A DNA stretch of 64,000 nucleotides, from assembly GCA_030141605.1 (NCBI GenBank), contig JAQGDQ010000219.1, positions 1 to 64,000 of the forward strand, in the 5' to 3' direction. Position 1 is the first letter of the stretch. Each line of letters starts with the position of its first letter. Below, one piece after another: positions 52,201-64,000 of the stretch. Source of the DNA: Tubiluchus corallicola (Eukaryota > Animalia > Priapulida). Position numbers and translations under genes: made by a program. The notes under the pieces are model-generated. The model worked only from the letters and a program-made list of their open reading frames with translations. It was not told the origin of the DNA and ran no database searches.

Positions 52201-55200
52201 ATTATAACCTTCCCTCCCCCTTTATAATGCCAACCTCACTTAACCCCTGCATTTTTGGCAAAACATAATGTCTGCATTTGCATTGAGGTGTATGTATTAA
52301 AACACCTTATTATAATGCCTAACTCACTTAATGCCAACTTTTTTCCAGTCCCAATGTAGATAGTATTAAAGAGGTTTGAATGTAAAAGACATTTCTAATT
52401 GTTATCTGGCCTGCTCTTGCCCAGTATAGTTCATAAGCTACTTTACACGTTAGATTCTTATCTACATCACCATGTTTACAACTAGCTAATGCTTTTATTC
52501 TGTTTTGTCCCTAAGTAGAAAAGCTTAATTGCATGTGCAATATTGCCAAAGATTTTAACACACGATTATTTACAGTATTTATACAATACACAAGTTTTTG
52601 ATATACGTTTTGTAATTTGAGGCTTAATAGATAGAGTATTAGTGATATGAAGGGTTAATTTGGAATGTGATTTTCTTGGTCTATCTAATAAACAAACATA
52701 AGGCTTTTCTGCATTCAACTTCTAATGTACATTATTTAAATCAAATAAACTATCGTAAAACAAGCAACATTAAACTAAAAATAACTTCAGCATAATTAAT
52801 ATGTTGTGAGCATTCTTGATAAAAACAAACTTATGACTAGGCAAGCAGTAATATTTGCTTATTATAATGGACAAGAATTGACATTTTGAGAGAAGTTCTT
52901 TTAAACATACACCTTCACATTATCCCACTTGTTATTATGGCATTTTTTACACGAATTTTATGTACAATTACCATAAATATAGTAAGAATCATATTGCATT
53001 GACTTGTAGAACAATTATGAAATATGGATTTTGATTGTAGTTTTGTCTAATGGATTGTCTTTATAATTTTTTATTTATATTTCAGACATTTACAATGATG
53101 AGTACAGTCTTCCAGCAGCCCTATTGAGGTTTTGGAAGCCTCTGCTTTATTTGTTACATCAACTCAACTTTACACTTATACTTGTACAAGAACTGTTAAC
53201 AAGTTTAAATAGTGACCATGTTTCCTTACTTCGTCAGCGACTCATCTTAATGTGGGTAGCACGCATTCTCAATGACTGCTGTTGGAAAGGTAAAGTACCA
53301 CCAGTTTTTTTTTGTCATGCAAATAGATTACCTTTATTGATAATGTAGTTTTTCAAAAAGCCTAAACTTGCTTCTTTTAGGATAGCTGTTAAAAAGTCTT
53401 TGAAAAATCTGTTCATTTGTCATGTTTAGTACAAAAATTACTTTATTGATTGCTTCTGGTGCAATGCTTAGATCAGGGGTTCTCAACCGCGGGGGAATTC
53501 CCCCCCCCCACTTGGGGGGAATGAGCCACCTCCAGGGGGGAACAAATGGGTGGAAAAATAAAAAATATGTAGAAAAGCAGAGAAAAAAGTACAGAAAGCC
53601 TTCACAGCTAACGCAACACACCCTCCCGCTCAAGACGTTTAGGTCTCTGAATGGCTGCCTGAGACAGCAGCACAGGGCGAGTACCCCACTCACTGGCCTG
53701 ACCACACATGGCAGTGAGTGAAGCGAGCTCTCTCTCTCTCTTGCTCTTGGCTAGCATACTACAGATAAAATTAATTTGGTCGTGTTTTGCTCCTTTGTTT
53801 TGATTGTGCCCAACGTTTATTGATAAATGTATATACTCACCATTCTAATAACTGAGTGACTGAGTAATGATTTGAGAGTGGCACTCTCAGTCACAACCCC
53901 CGACATCAAGAAAATCGTGTCCTCAACAGGAGCAAGAGTCACATTGAATGTGGTGACCACAGATTGCATTATTATTCATGAATAAAAAAAATATCGAAAT
54001 TAAAAAAAATTGAATTAAAAAAATGCATTTTTCATTTTGTTTGTGGGCTAGGGGGAAACGAGAATGTCTTAGATATTGTTTTTAAAAATGAACATGAAGC
54101 CAAATTGATCCTTATCAACAAAATCTAGTGCAACTGCCATATTTTGACTGCTTTAATTAAAACAATACAGGACTTGTATTGCATCTCGTGTATAATTAAA
54201 GTAGTGCCTCGTAATTACTTTAAATCTGTTTAACCTTTTCTGTTTAAAACAAAAATTAAGCAATTTATTTTTTACATATACCTTTTTGATAAAATTGTCC
54301 TAAATCGTTTAGCATTTGACTGCGTTGTAATTCTGGTTAATGGTTAGCCCTATCTGATCTTGGTAGGTTTGTGGTTTCTTGTAATTATGATAACTATATG
54401 GTTTTATATGTGCTTTATTGCGTGTACCTTCTTTCAACTTTAATGTATTCCACTAGGTGCCGTTACTTTTCTTCATACATAATACATGTTCTTACAGGCT
54501 TACCATCCAGTGTACGACAAATGCATTTGTTCAAGCCAAGTAGTAATAACAAACAAGGCAACTGGAGGCCAATTCTGCATTTGGCTTTGAAACATGTTTG
54601 CCCCTTGACACCACATATGCTTCAATGGTAAAACTAAAAATTATTTTAGATAAATTTATAAATTATCTACTCGTACAATATCAATTTTTTGTATATTTTG
54701 TAAATTTGTCAGAATTGTGATCATAAATTAATAGTCTGACCACTTGTAAAATTTAAAGCAAAACTGTACCCAGTCTTAAACTGTAGGTCAAGGCATTCTA
54801 CTCTTTAAAATATGGAAAGAAAACAATTTTTTTCAAAAATGACTTACATGAAAGAATTATTACCACACAAACGCAATATCATGTTTACACCACTAGTTCT
54901 TCACTGTTATGGAACATTCAGACATAGAGACTTCTCTTGCAACTTGTTGCTCAACTTCTCTCTCAGAGTAAAATTACACGTATGAACGGCTTGATGACTT
55001 CTCTCACAACTTATTGCAAATCAACTCTCGGCAACTTTTGCTGAGTTTGTAATAAGTTGCGAGAGAAGTTGCCAAGCCGTTGACGCATGCAACTTTACTG
55101 TCAAGAGAGAAGTTGCACAACAAGTTGTGAGAGAAGTCTCTACGTCTGAATGCACCATTATATGCAGTTAGATAGACACTAACGCCTACCTTTCGGAAAC

Positions 55201-58200
55201 ACGTTGCACAAAAAAAACAAGTGCTGTCAGTTCAGAGGTGTTCATTTGTGATGTACTGCAAACGTTCGACAGCTCATGTGCGAGAACAGCAGTAAATTTG
55301 AATTTTTGTCTTAAAACTTGCCGAGTTTTAGTACAGTACACCAAATTTCTTACAGCAGTGCTGTACTTCAATTTTCACTTTTGGATACACGTGCAACAGG
55401 CTAATGGAACCTTTTTAGCTGTTAAAAATGTTTGTTTGTGATGTCATCGATTTTAATCTATTATGTGTATCAGAAGCGTTTTTACAGTACTATTGGTGTT
55501 AAAACGTATAGTTTTCACTGTACTTGAAAATAGGGTAATATATGAAAAATCATTATGTCTTCCTTTTAGCATCCTCAGTAATGTAAGTCTACGTGTTTGT
55601 AGTTACAGAGGCTAATTAAAAGACACAGGTAATGTAATAAGTTTCGTGGTTTCTGCAGTTTTTATTAAAGAATTTGTTGTAGCACAAAATCCTCAGTGTA
55701 AAAAGGGAAGTAAATGTTCTGAGTGGAATCCAGTGGTATGTCACTGAAATTTCTTTGCAGTGAGTCACAAAAATGATACATGTAGCAATAGGTGAGTTTC
55801 ATAATCTGTGTACTTTGAAATCCTCATAAAGATTTCCCTTTCGAGTAGCATGACTTAACATTAAAAAATTAAAACTGGGTAGCACTAGGTACAGGTTGTA
55901 GGCAGTATGTCATTGCTGTTAATTTCATCTCTTTTCTGGTGTACAAGTAAATAAGTTAACCTCTTTATTGACAATGTATGTACAAATAGTACAAAAATTA
56001 GGCAATTATAAAAATGTTGTAAACTCCAAATAATGGCATGTAATGAAAAAATGTGTACCATGTCTGAATTACAACAATACGGTAATATGCATATTCTGTG
56101 TGCAACCAAATGTGCAGTTAAATACCTCACTTAAACAATTAAGCATGGTGTATCGATTTCTTGCTGCTTATTTGAGCCCGTCAGGTCAAACAATTAGACA
56201 TGCTGCATTAATTTCTTGTAGCCTATTCAAGCTTATCAGACCAGTTCTGTCTAAGAAGAAACAAGCAGCATTGCTTCAGCTGACTAACATTCAATGCCAA
56301 AGTGACAGCTTGGTCAAAAACCCAGGTAAAAAAATCGAAGAAATAGTGCTGAGTGGTTCAGAATCAGAAGGCGAAAAAATTGATGATGAAAACGAAGTCA
56401 ATCAACGGTCCAAAAACGAGAAGAAAAATTCAGAGTCTCGCATTTACACCATTTCTGATCTCAAAGCACTATTGGACACACACTCATCTTCAATAGGTAA
56501 GTGCATCTGCTTTTACGTGTCAAAACTTGCTACTTGTTTAAAATTATGCACATAGATTTGACCACATAGCGTCAGTTTATATGATTTATATTGGGCGTAC
56601 CTGTGAAATTTAAAATACGATTTAAAATTCTGGTAATAGTTTATAAAATAATTAGCATTCAGGCTTCAAGTTACATATCTGACTTTGCTTGCTTAAGTAA
56701 TCTAACTCATATTTTAAGACAAGTTTGAAAACTGTTTATGGTGCAAAAGTGATCATTTAGAAACTGTTCACGTACTTATTGGAATACTCTTCCTCATGAA
56801 ACATGCAGGATCTTCAGTGATTTTAAATCAAAATGAAAACTTGACTGTTCATTCTTAGGCTAGTCGGTACCATCAGTATCTTATTTTCAACCTATTTTCT
56901 CCTTTAGTCTGATTTTATCGTAAACTGAACTTTGCAAACAGAGTTTTTATTTATTTTTTATTATGAAGTATTTTGGAAAATCTAATTTTACTTTCAATGT
57001 CTCATCTTATGATATGGTAAATTGAATTTTGTAGTGTCATTTCTTACTTTTTGTTTTCTTTACTAATTGTATTTTTTATTGTGAACATACATACCTATAT
57101 ACATACATAGAAAGCCATATAAATTACAATAAACTTAAATTTAATGTAAGCATGTAAATTTTTTATTCATTCTGACACACACTGCAAGTTGCAATCCTGC
57201 ACTTAATGGCAGAGCCTACTCATTATGCTGATGGTTGTGCCAGGACTAAAACTTCACTAATCATCAAGGTTAATCTTATAAGAGAGGTAATGAACCTACA
57301 GAAATGACAGTTTGATGAGTTATCCATGAAAAGATAATAAATCTAACCTTTTATCACGAGCTTGGTAAATTTTGAACTCTTGTTTCTGGTATACAAAGAA
57401 TATGCTATATTCCGGTTAACTCAGTTGGTCATTTGATGGACTGCCATTTTTAGACTTATGTTGGCTATCCTGATTTTCTGTACCTTTAAATTAAGCCACT
57501 CTAATGATGGGCAGTCAAAGTTATTGTTAGCATGGGAACCCCAAGTACATGTAATGTGGCTGTTAGGTACCAGACTGTTATGCTCCCTAGGAGTGGAATA
57601 AATAGGCCCAGATCAGTAAACCAATTTGCAAAGCTATGCAAAATATGTATAATACGGAAGTTAGACTATAACATGCGTCTTTGCATTTCTTGTGTAATTT
57701 GTTTTGGGAAATTAACAAACAGCATTTATAAATATTAGCAGCAGCGTTAGTGAAATAAGCAAAGCAGTCTGACTATCTTACTGCATGGCATGTTACTATG
57801 TAGTTTAAAAATTAGTAGCACATTTCTATAGTGTGACTAGAGCTATAATTGCTTTAAGTGATTTAAATGAACTGAAATTAAACACAAAACAAGTTTGGAC
57901 AAATATAAATGTTTAGCATTTAAAAACTTCTAACACTCCAGATTTTTTAACCATATTGGTATCCAGCTCTCGGTGGCTGAGCATAGTGGGACTAGGACCT
58001 AGCTCACGCCATCAAAGATACTTCTCTTAAGATAAGACACTGAACCAAAAGACATGCCCTATCCACTTTTTGATGTGCGAACAACATCAAGATAAACAAC
58101 TTTTATGGAGCAACTATAACTTATGTGTCAGTTTTATTTCAAAACTTTGCTACATTCAGAATGTGGGCACGATTTTAAGCAATGACAGTCGCAAGTAAGA

Positions 58201-61200
58201 ACTGGATGACATCAATGATCATTAACCGCTAATGTGGTCATTACCAACAGGTGTTGAAGCCATTTACAGCCTGTTGTCACTAGTAACGGACATAAGGACC
58301 ATTAGCAGATTAATAATTTTAATTAGAAAAGTAATTTAAAATTTGATAACTCCAAATTATCTTATCGTTTGGGTATACACATTGAGTCATTTCAATGTTT
58401 TCCTCATTGTCACGTTTTGTCCCAGTGCTATTTGCGTTAGTTATGCATGTTATTTTTACATGTACTCTTATAATTATTCATTTTATCTGTACTTTCTTCA
58501 CGTGTCCTTGACATATTAACTCTTTGGTTTAGTGAATTTAAGTTGTAATTGATTAATTATTATTAACATAAGCGCACTTAACACACTGCTATTTTGAAGT
58601 AGCAGAAGAGAACATGCAATGTTGGTGCTTGACATCACGTAACTGGGGCAAGTACTATTTTTAGTGACAGCTGCTGTATGCCCCCACTGCATACATAGTT
58701 CAGCTGTTTATTTTCACATTCCTTCGCCCGTTTCAACCTATATTGGTGCCCCTTGGTATTAAAAAAGTTTCTTTCATTTGTAAGCCAAGTTTAACATTTT
58801 TACTGCATTAGTTTTGAAAACAAACCTGTATATACAGTCAAACCGTCTGGTACAGTGTACTGAAAAAATGTTTGAGTGAAAATGTATTAAATACTGTAGT
58901 AAATTCCGAGGTTTTCGCACCTTTTCAAAAATGAGTAAAAGTATACCCCAGGTGGGACTCGAACCCACAATCCCCGGTTTAGGAGACCGATGCCTTATCC
59001 ATTAGGCCACTGGGGCAAATGTAGGATTAAGGACGTGGGTTGAATTGTTAACTCTGGAATCGAGCCAAGAAACATAATGAGCAAAATGGCAGCAAACCAA
59101 ATTCACGGAATTCTTTAGGGCAGCAACAAACTAGAGCATCTCTCGCGGAGCGTATCCACCCCAGTCTACGCCAACCGTTATTGATCGCGTGACTAGACAT
59201 GAGCTGGTTTTAGTTGCACGTCGCGTAACATGCAACTCGTTTACCTAATTTATCAACTGCAGATGGCGCTATGTTACTTCGTCATTCCCTGAAAATAATT
59301 AACAACGGGTAAACGCCGGAGTGTTTTATTCATAGCAGACGCAACAAACTTGTGCCGCCGTGTGGTGTTTGCGTTACAAAACTTAAAACATTCGATTAAA
59401 AACAACAACCGTAGTTTTCATTTTATATTAGCACGTGACAGATCCAACATGAAAATAATAGAACACAGACGCAGTTAATAGCGTGCATGTGTATAAAGTG
59501 TTTGTACCCTGGTACCTCTTTTTTCATAAAATTCCAAGAACAAGGACATTGAAGTTTAAATAAATGACATTTTCATGCACTATTTTGCAAGCACATTAAC
59601 TTTCAATGTTCGCAGATTTGGTAGACGAAAATATTAGCTATTTAAAGTTAATTACGTGAAACGGCCTGGGAATTAACGTCATGCTGTTTACTGAGTGCAC
59701 AATCGTTTCAGCAAAAATACCCTTTTCAACATTAACTTGAGCAAAAAGACAATCACTAATCATTTATGATACAGGAATAATTTCAGTGTTAAAATGGAGT
59801 TTTTTTTGCTAAAACAATCGTCTGCACTCAATAAACTGTATATTTAAAGTTACTTAAACTTTTTTTTTGTTGCAGTTTCTGATAAAATAGCAACTACAGC
59901 CACATGTATTCAAAGCAAACGATTTATCAAAAACTGCAGAAACGGTCAATGGGAAGTACACAAAGGTTAGTTGATTATTGTTGTGAACTAAGATAGTACC
60001 TAATCAATTTTGCAAGACCCAATTACGTGTAAATCTATTGGAATCGGTCCACAGTATTTGCTTGTAGAGCTAGAGGCTGCACTGCTTGCAGATCCACCTT
60101 GGTTGAGGATTCTGGCATCAGCTGAGGCCTTTTTCTTAACTAATATTTTGTAGGTCATTTATGAAATTAAGCTGTAATGTTTGGTCACTTGAACTTGGAT
60201 CTGTCATAGAGAATAGCTATATTAGTGTAAATTACACAGTTCATTGCTGTCGGCAGGTTTCCATGACAATTCAGATTTGTTCAAACAATGCACAAATATT
60301 TGTTGCTCAGCACTGCCGTGTATATGTTCTAAGTTCATTAAACTGCTGTAGAGTATTAGTAATAATACTTTATACACATTTCTAACTTCTTGTATGAATG
60401 CCTAGACCTTAGCAAAATAAATGTACTGTAGTTTTGTAAATCGGTAGCATTGGATACTGACAGTTTTTTCTTTTAATTAAAAAGGGCGGCTGCATTTACT
60501 TAATTCACTTCATCAGACACAAACTTGATTTATTGCATTAACTAGCAGAAAATGTGGATTGGACTAAATATGCATATGGAGGTACAGCACCTAATCTACC
60601 TTGGGATACAGTTCTTCATCTGCCAAGTTCTAGTGTACTTTGCAATGATGTTCCCTGCCAGAGAGGAATAAAGAGGAAAAGCATAACAGAACAGCTGGAG
60701 ACAAAAATTAGGAAAACATTATCTAAAACCTGTCCACTACAAAGGTAGACTATAGAGATTAATTATCAAAGGCCTTATAGAGCTCTTGTTTTCTTAAAAT
60801 TAGCTACTGCAAGCTTATACTAATTATCACTGATCACATTAACAGTTTTGTCCACGAGGCACAACGCTTAGTCTGTAAAAATTGTCAGCCATGTTTGAAG
60901 TACAAAATTTCGCATATTCTATTTCAGTGAGAAAAATAGTTACGCATGTTCATGCTTTTATGAGTTCTATCCTCTAGAAAACCAAAACCAGTTTAATCAC
61001 TCGATCGGATCACTGAAAGGATCATGCCTACGTGTGGTCACTTCTTCCCACAAGTGTACACATAGATGTCCTATGTAGAAACTACATGTTTGACTGTGTT
61101 CACCTAAACTAGGTGCAGGTAGCTAAGTGTAGTAGTGCATAGCAGGTATAAAGTTTGAATTTTGCTGTTGCTCAAACATTTAGAATCTTCTAAAAAGACC

Positions 61201-61877
61201 ACTATGCAAAGTGAAAACATGTACAGTTGTCGATTTTCGATTTATCGAATACAACGTGGCAACTATGAATAAAACCAGCAATAAGAAATTAGGTTAATAC
61301 AGCTTTAGTGTACAGTACTATACATAGAGGTCTGAATTACAACCAAAGTACCTTACAGCCTTCAGAGCCAAATAAGGTGTAAGTCGAGAATCAGCTGTTT
61401 GTAGAAATTGCACATTTTCTGGCGATTTGCATGACCTCCAACGGTAACTTGAATTAGAATTCGATCAGTTGTCAATGACCAGTCAATTAATTTCACCTAG
61501 TTCACACAATTTTAGGTCTTGCTGTTTTGGTTCGAACAGTTTATTCAAAACAGCTATCAATTTTTGTAAATAATTTTTCATTTCATAGTTTGCTTAGTTA
61601 TAAATTTTTTGCTCTTCTTAGTTATGAAAAGGTTAGGACTAAAGCAGTATATATATATATATATATATATATTTTTTACAGGTTACCCAATGAGGCACAT
61701 TGTTCAACAGATACTTTTCAGCCCGGTGATTTTGTGGACAGCGATTGTGTGATTCTTTCAGACTCTAGTTGTGCTTTAACCAGCGATAGTGAGTTGGAGC
61801 CTGTGGACAGTAACATTTCCATTATTACTGTATTAGCACAGGAAGGCTCGGACCTAAAACAACCAGCTTTGTACTAA
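43291..61877 (+). CDS. LAS1L: LAS1L ribosomal biogenesis factor (HEPN endoribonuclease, ITS2 cleavage)
   Basis: Exons: 43291(or 43318)-43374, 43751-43839 (EWKNVY...ISIWRSR), 46173-46307 (IPGAVECT...LLLSMALVR), 48326-48401 (FVNVVVD), 48843-48953 (GVPEWLVDLRHNAAHYTLPAL...LSWLK), 50280-50423 (EWYWE), 51226-51415, 53086-53289 (LRFWKPLL), 54498-54627, 56222-56496, 59876-59965, 60549-60744, 61682-61877. Phases are consistent from exon 2 onward. The Las1 motifs SMALVRFVN and WLVDLRHxxxH are present. The exon 1/2 junction is uncertain. Confidence 0.93.
45485..45876. repeat. Diverged tandem repeat (about 115-235 bp units) inside a larger repeat of unknown class
   Basis: AAATCGA.TGG...GAGTTACACCCA, GTTAAGCAACA and TGACAAATTGAATGG each recur. 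Confidence 0.6.
49330..49760 (-). mobile_element. LINE 3' fragment (CR1/Jockey group)
   Basis: The minus strand encodes YKSIIRPCMEYLIHTWAGS, a typical post-RT motif. Confidence 0.65.
52189..52382. mobile_element. Short Tigger-type MITE
   Basis: TA|CAATTAGATCTCATTATAA ... GTATTAAAGAGGTTTGAATG|TA; related to the element at 31105. Confidence 0.65.
53474..54066 (+). mobile_element. hAT (Buster/Charlie-type) deletion derivative
   Basis: 5' TIR CAGGGGTTCTCAAC after GCTTAGAT (nnnTAnnn target). Transposase C-terminal remnant DLRVALSVTTPDIKKIVSS..QESH* at about 53869-53947. The 3' TIR is not recognisable. Confidence 0.75.
54757..55564 (-). mobile_element. Kolobok-like non-autonomous element (second copy) with a nested MITE
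   Basis: Reverse-complement homology to 8308-8922 at both ends; TTAA and TTTA flanks. Confidence 0.75.
54911..55156. mobile_element. Hairpin MITE (PIF/Harbinger-like) nested in the Kolobok-like element
   Basis: Near-complete palindrome CATTCAGACATAGAGACTTCTC... / ...GAGAAGTCTCTACGTCTGAATGCACC; absent from the 8308 copy. Confidence 0.8.
58944..59016 (-). tRNA. tRNA-Arg(CCT), intronless
   Basis: GCCCCAGTGGCCTAATGGATAAGGCATCGGTCTCCTAAACCGGGGATTGTGGGTTCGAGTCCCACCTGGGGTA: 73 nt, complete cloverleaf, intact A and B boxes, TTTT terminator at 58940-58937. Confidence 0.96.
59686..59835. repeat. Imperfect inverted repeat just upstream of LAS1L exon 11
   Basis: GTTTACTGAGTGCACAATCGTTTCAGCAAAAA / TTTTTGCTAAAACAATCGTCTGCACTCAATAAAC. 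Confidence 0.7.
61648..61672. repeat. (TA)n microsatellite at the last LAS1L acceptor
   Basis: Direct inspection. Confidence 0.9.
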
Positions 61878-63586
61878 AAACGTTATAATTTCTGTGTCAT
61901 ATCAGCGGGAAGTCAAATATCCTTTTTCTATGCCTCATTTAGGTCTTTCATACTGTACAACTTTAATGGTATTTTTATTAAAGCTGAGCTGTGACAACAA
62001 TTGAAGGCTTAAGATTTGTTACTGAATTAAAACCTAAGTAAATCGAAAGTTCAGGTAACACAGTACATCTGTGAAACTCTGCGATGGAAAAATAGACAAG
62101 CTGGATTCAAACACATCCCATTACCGTATGAGCATTATTGTCAGATGTCACTTCTGGCAACTGCACAAGATGTCCTGGTCTAGACCATTACAATTCGGTA
62201 ACACTTCACAGCCGCTACCTAAAACTTGTTGGCTAGCTGCACCTTCCAAACATCATGCAACTACACACGGGTAATAATTCAAGGCAAGCAAACAGAACAA
62301 CTGAAATGTGACATGGCACATACATCAACTAACCCAAAACACACCATGCAAAGGCTTAATTTTGTGTAGAAATGCTGTTACTATAAAACTGAAACGGAGT
62401 AAAATAAAAAAAGAATTAAAAATCATTATTTCTTTATTTAGGAAGAATGTGACGGGTTCAAATTAAATAGTCGAAATCATACCATGCAAATTGCAAAGGT
62501 ATCATTGTGTAGTGAAATGCACATTATTTTATAAAAAAATAAAGTAAGAATTTTACAGTTAGTTTTTTACTTATGAAAACAATAACTAAAATTTCTACCC
62601 TATACTCGTACAATTTACTGGTTATTGAAAAGTATTGTACACAAAAAAAAACAATTTCGCAACCCTGTTGCTCACAAACTTTTTGTTTCCAAGTAAACCT
62701 TTGTTTATGGGTTTCTGTGAATATTTCCTCTTCACAAGTATAATTACACTAGAAAGCATTCACATAATATACTCTTAGATATAAATGGATTAACTACAAA
62801 GGTAAAAAAAAGCAAATTTTGTATAAACCCAGACTGAAATGAAGCCTACCTTGTTTTTTCGTATTTGTGCAACTCTTCTTTGCGCTGTAGAACAGCATGT
62901 GCAAATCAAAATTTCCTTTATTTAGACAGCTTTTTATTGTTAATGTATTTACATTTTTGTCACTAAGATGACATCCAAAAAATCCAAATTCCTATCCAAC
63001 TTTTTGGCAAATAAAACTTATCGAAAGACGCAACTAGTTTAGCGTTAGTAACTAGCCCAAATCATACAATACCAAAATGTATTTACCAACCAAAAGTAAT
63101 GCAGTGACTTAAATTCTGATGAAGATATGTAAAAGTACCTTTCACCAATGATTTAAATAATATGGCAATGTGTTTTGGTGCATGATTAATTCTAAGATAT
63201 GTAACTGGAAATGGACCTTTGCATTATGTTCGATCAGTTAAACAAAAGTAATGAAACTTAGAATGAAAAGTAAAACTAATCATGTACAAAGAATAAATAA
63301 GTGGATTTTTGTATAGACTTGACATATATATTTCTTGCCAGAAACTTCATTTTTGCATTCACAGAAATGCATGATAATTTAGATATGCATCATGTTTTGG
63401 TAATCTATGCGAAGTAATAAGTTAAAAAGGCTCAATGAATCCATTAAAGTGTATATACATACATATAAATTATTTACAAGTACAGTGATTACATAATATT
63501 ATGAGGTAAGATACCAGTTTTTGGGCAGTGACAAAAGGACAGGATAACTGCAAGGAGCTCCTCACTACCACCCTTCTTAACTAGCG

Positions 63587-63693
63587 TCAGTCAGTTCCAA
63601 AATATCTGGCTCCGAAATGATTTGGTGCATGTGGATAAACCTCTGATGTCAATATCGTCATCTCCGGGAATGTATTTATCACTGATTTAACAC
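63587..63693 (-). CDS. UPRT: Uracil phosphoribosyltransferase homolog, last coding exon (upstream exons lie beyond the window)
   Basis: Acceptor TTTTATTGCAG at 63694; translates to (G)VKSVINTFPEMTILTSEVYPHAPNHFGARYFGTD*, matching the remembered animal UPRT C-terminus (FPEITILTTEVHPVAPTHFGQKYFGTD). It is absent from the ORF track because it is short. Confidence 0.92.
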
Positions 63694-64000
63694 CTGCAAT
63701 AAAATTGTGATTACATTAAAGAAATTAAATACAATCGAAGTTTAAACCAGCCTCAGCAACTGTTGAGGGAAAACTGATTATATTTTTATCTATTATTAGC
63801 TTTTATTATCGATAAACATTTGTCGCCTACTCATTGCAAGGACACGTTTTATGCAGTTCAGCACCCAACAGGCTGGAATCCAGCACTCAACAGCAGAGCC
63901 TACTCAGTGCAGTAGTTGAAGTGGAACCTATCAAGGATATTTCTCTAAAACTGAACCAGCGGTGGTGTCTCAGCCAGGTTTATGTCTGTGTGTAGCTTCT

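Noticed and set aside
53334-53721. 123-aa and 99-aa ORFs in a LAS1L intron
   Set aside because: Chance open frames in the GC-rich subterminal region of a hAT element.
63581-63589. Stop-codon readthrough or selenocysteine at the UPRT TGA
   Set aside because: The TGA falls at the conserved protein end, a TAG follows after one codon, and no SECIS was seen.

Overview
AT-rich, intron-rich invertebrate animal genomic DNA with no prokaryotic features. Four spliced protein-coding genes can be rebuilt by hand from GT-AG junctions and reading frame: (1) a minus-strand multi-ankyrin-repeat gene of the invertebrate 'inversin-like'/Drosophila CG42672 type (8 coding exons from 11244 down to 1685; it probably continues beyond position 1); (2) a complete plus-strand CD164/endolyn (MGC-24 family) sialomucin, 23561-29935; (3) a complete plus-strand LAS1L HEPN ribonuclease, 13 exons, about 43291-61877; (4) the last coding exon of a minus-strand UPRT. 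An intact tRNA-Arg(CCT) lies antisense inside a LAS1L intron. Introns and intergenic DNA hold decayed LINEs, Tigger/pogo, hAT, Kolobok-like, Harbinger-like and other MITEs, some nested, plus microsatellites. I cannot show a wholly new biological system. The best leads are a palindromic element with two divergent tRNA-Thr(TGT)-like cloverleafs, an RFX X-box and a dual-use first exon on the ankyrin gene, a candidate 12-nt microexon in CD164, a decayed Penelope-type hammerhead, a perfect 50-copy hexamer next to a splice donor, and a variant HEPN motif in LAS1L. All family assignments come from remembered motifs; no database search was run.
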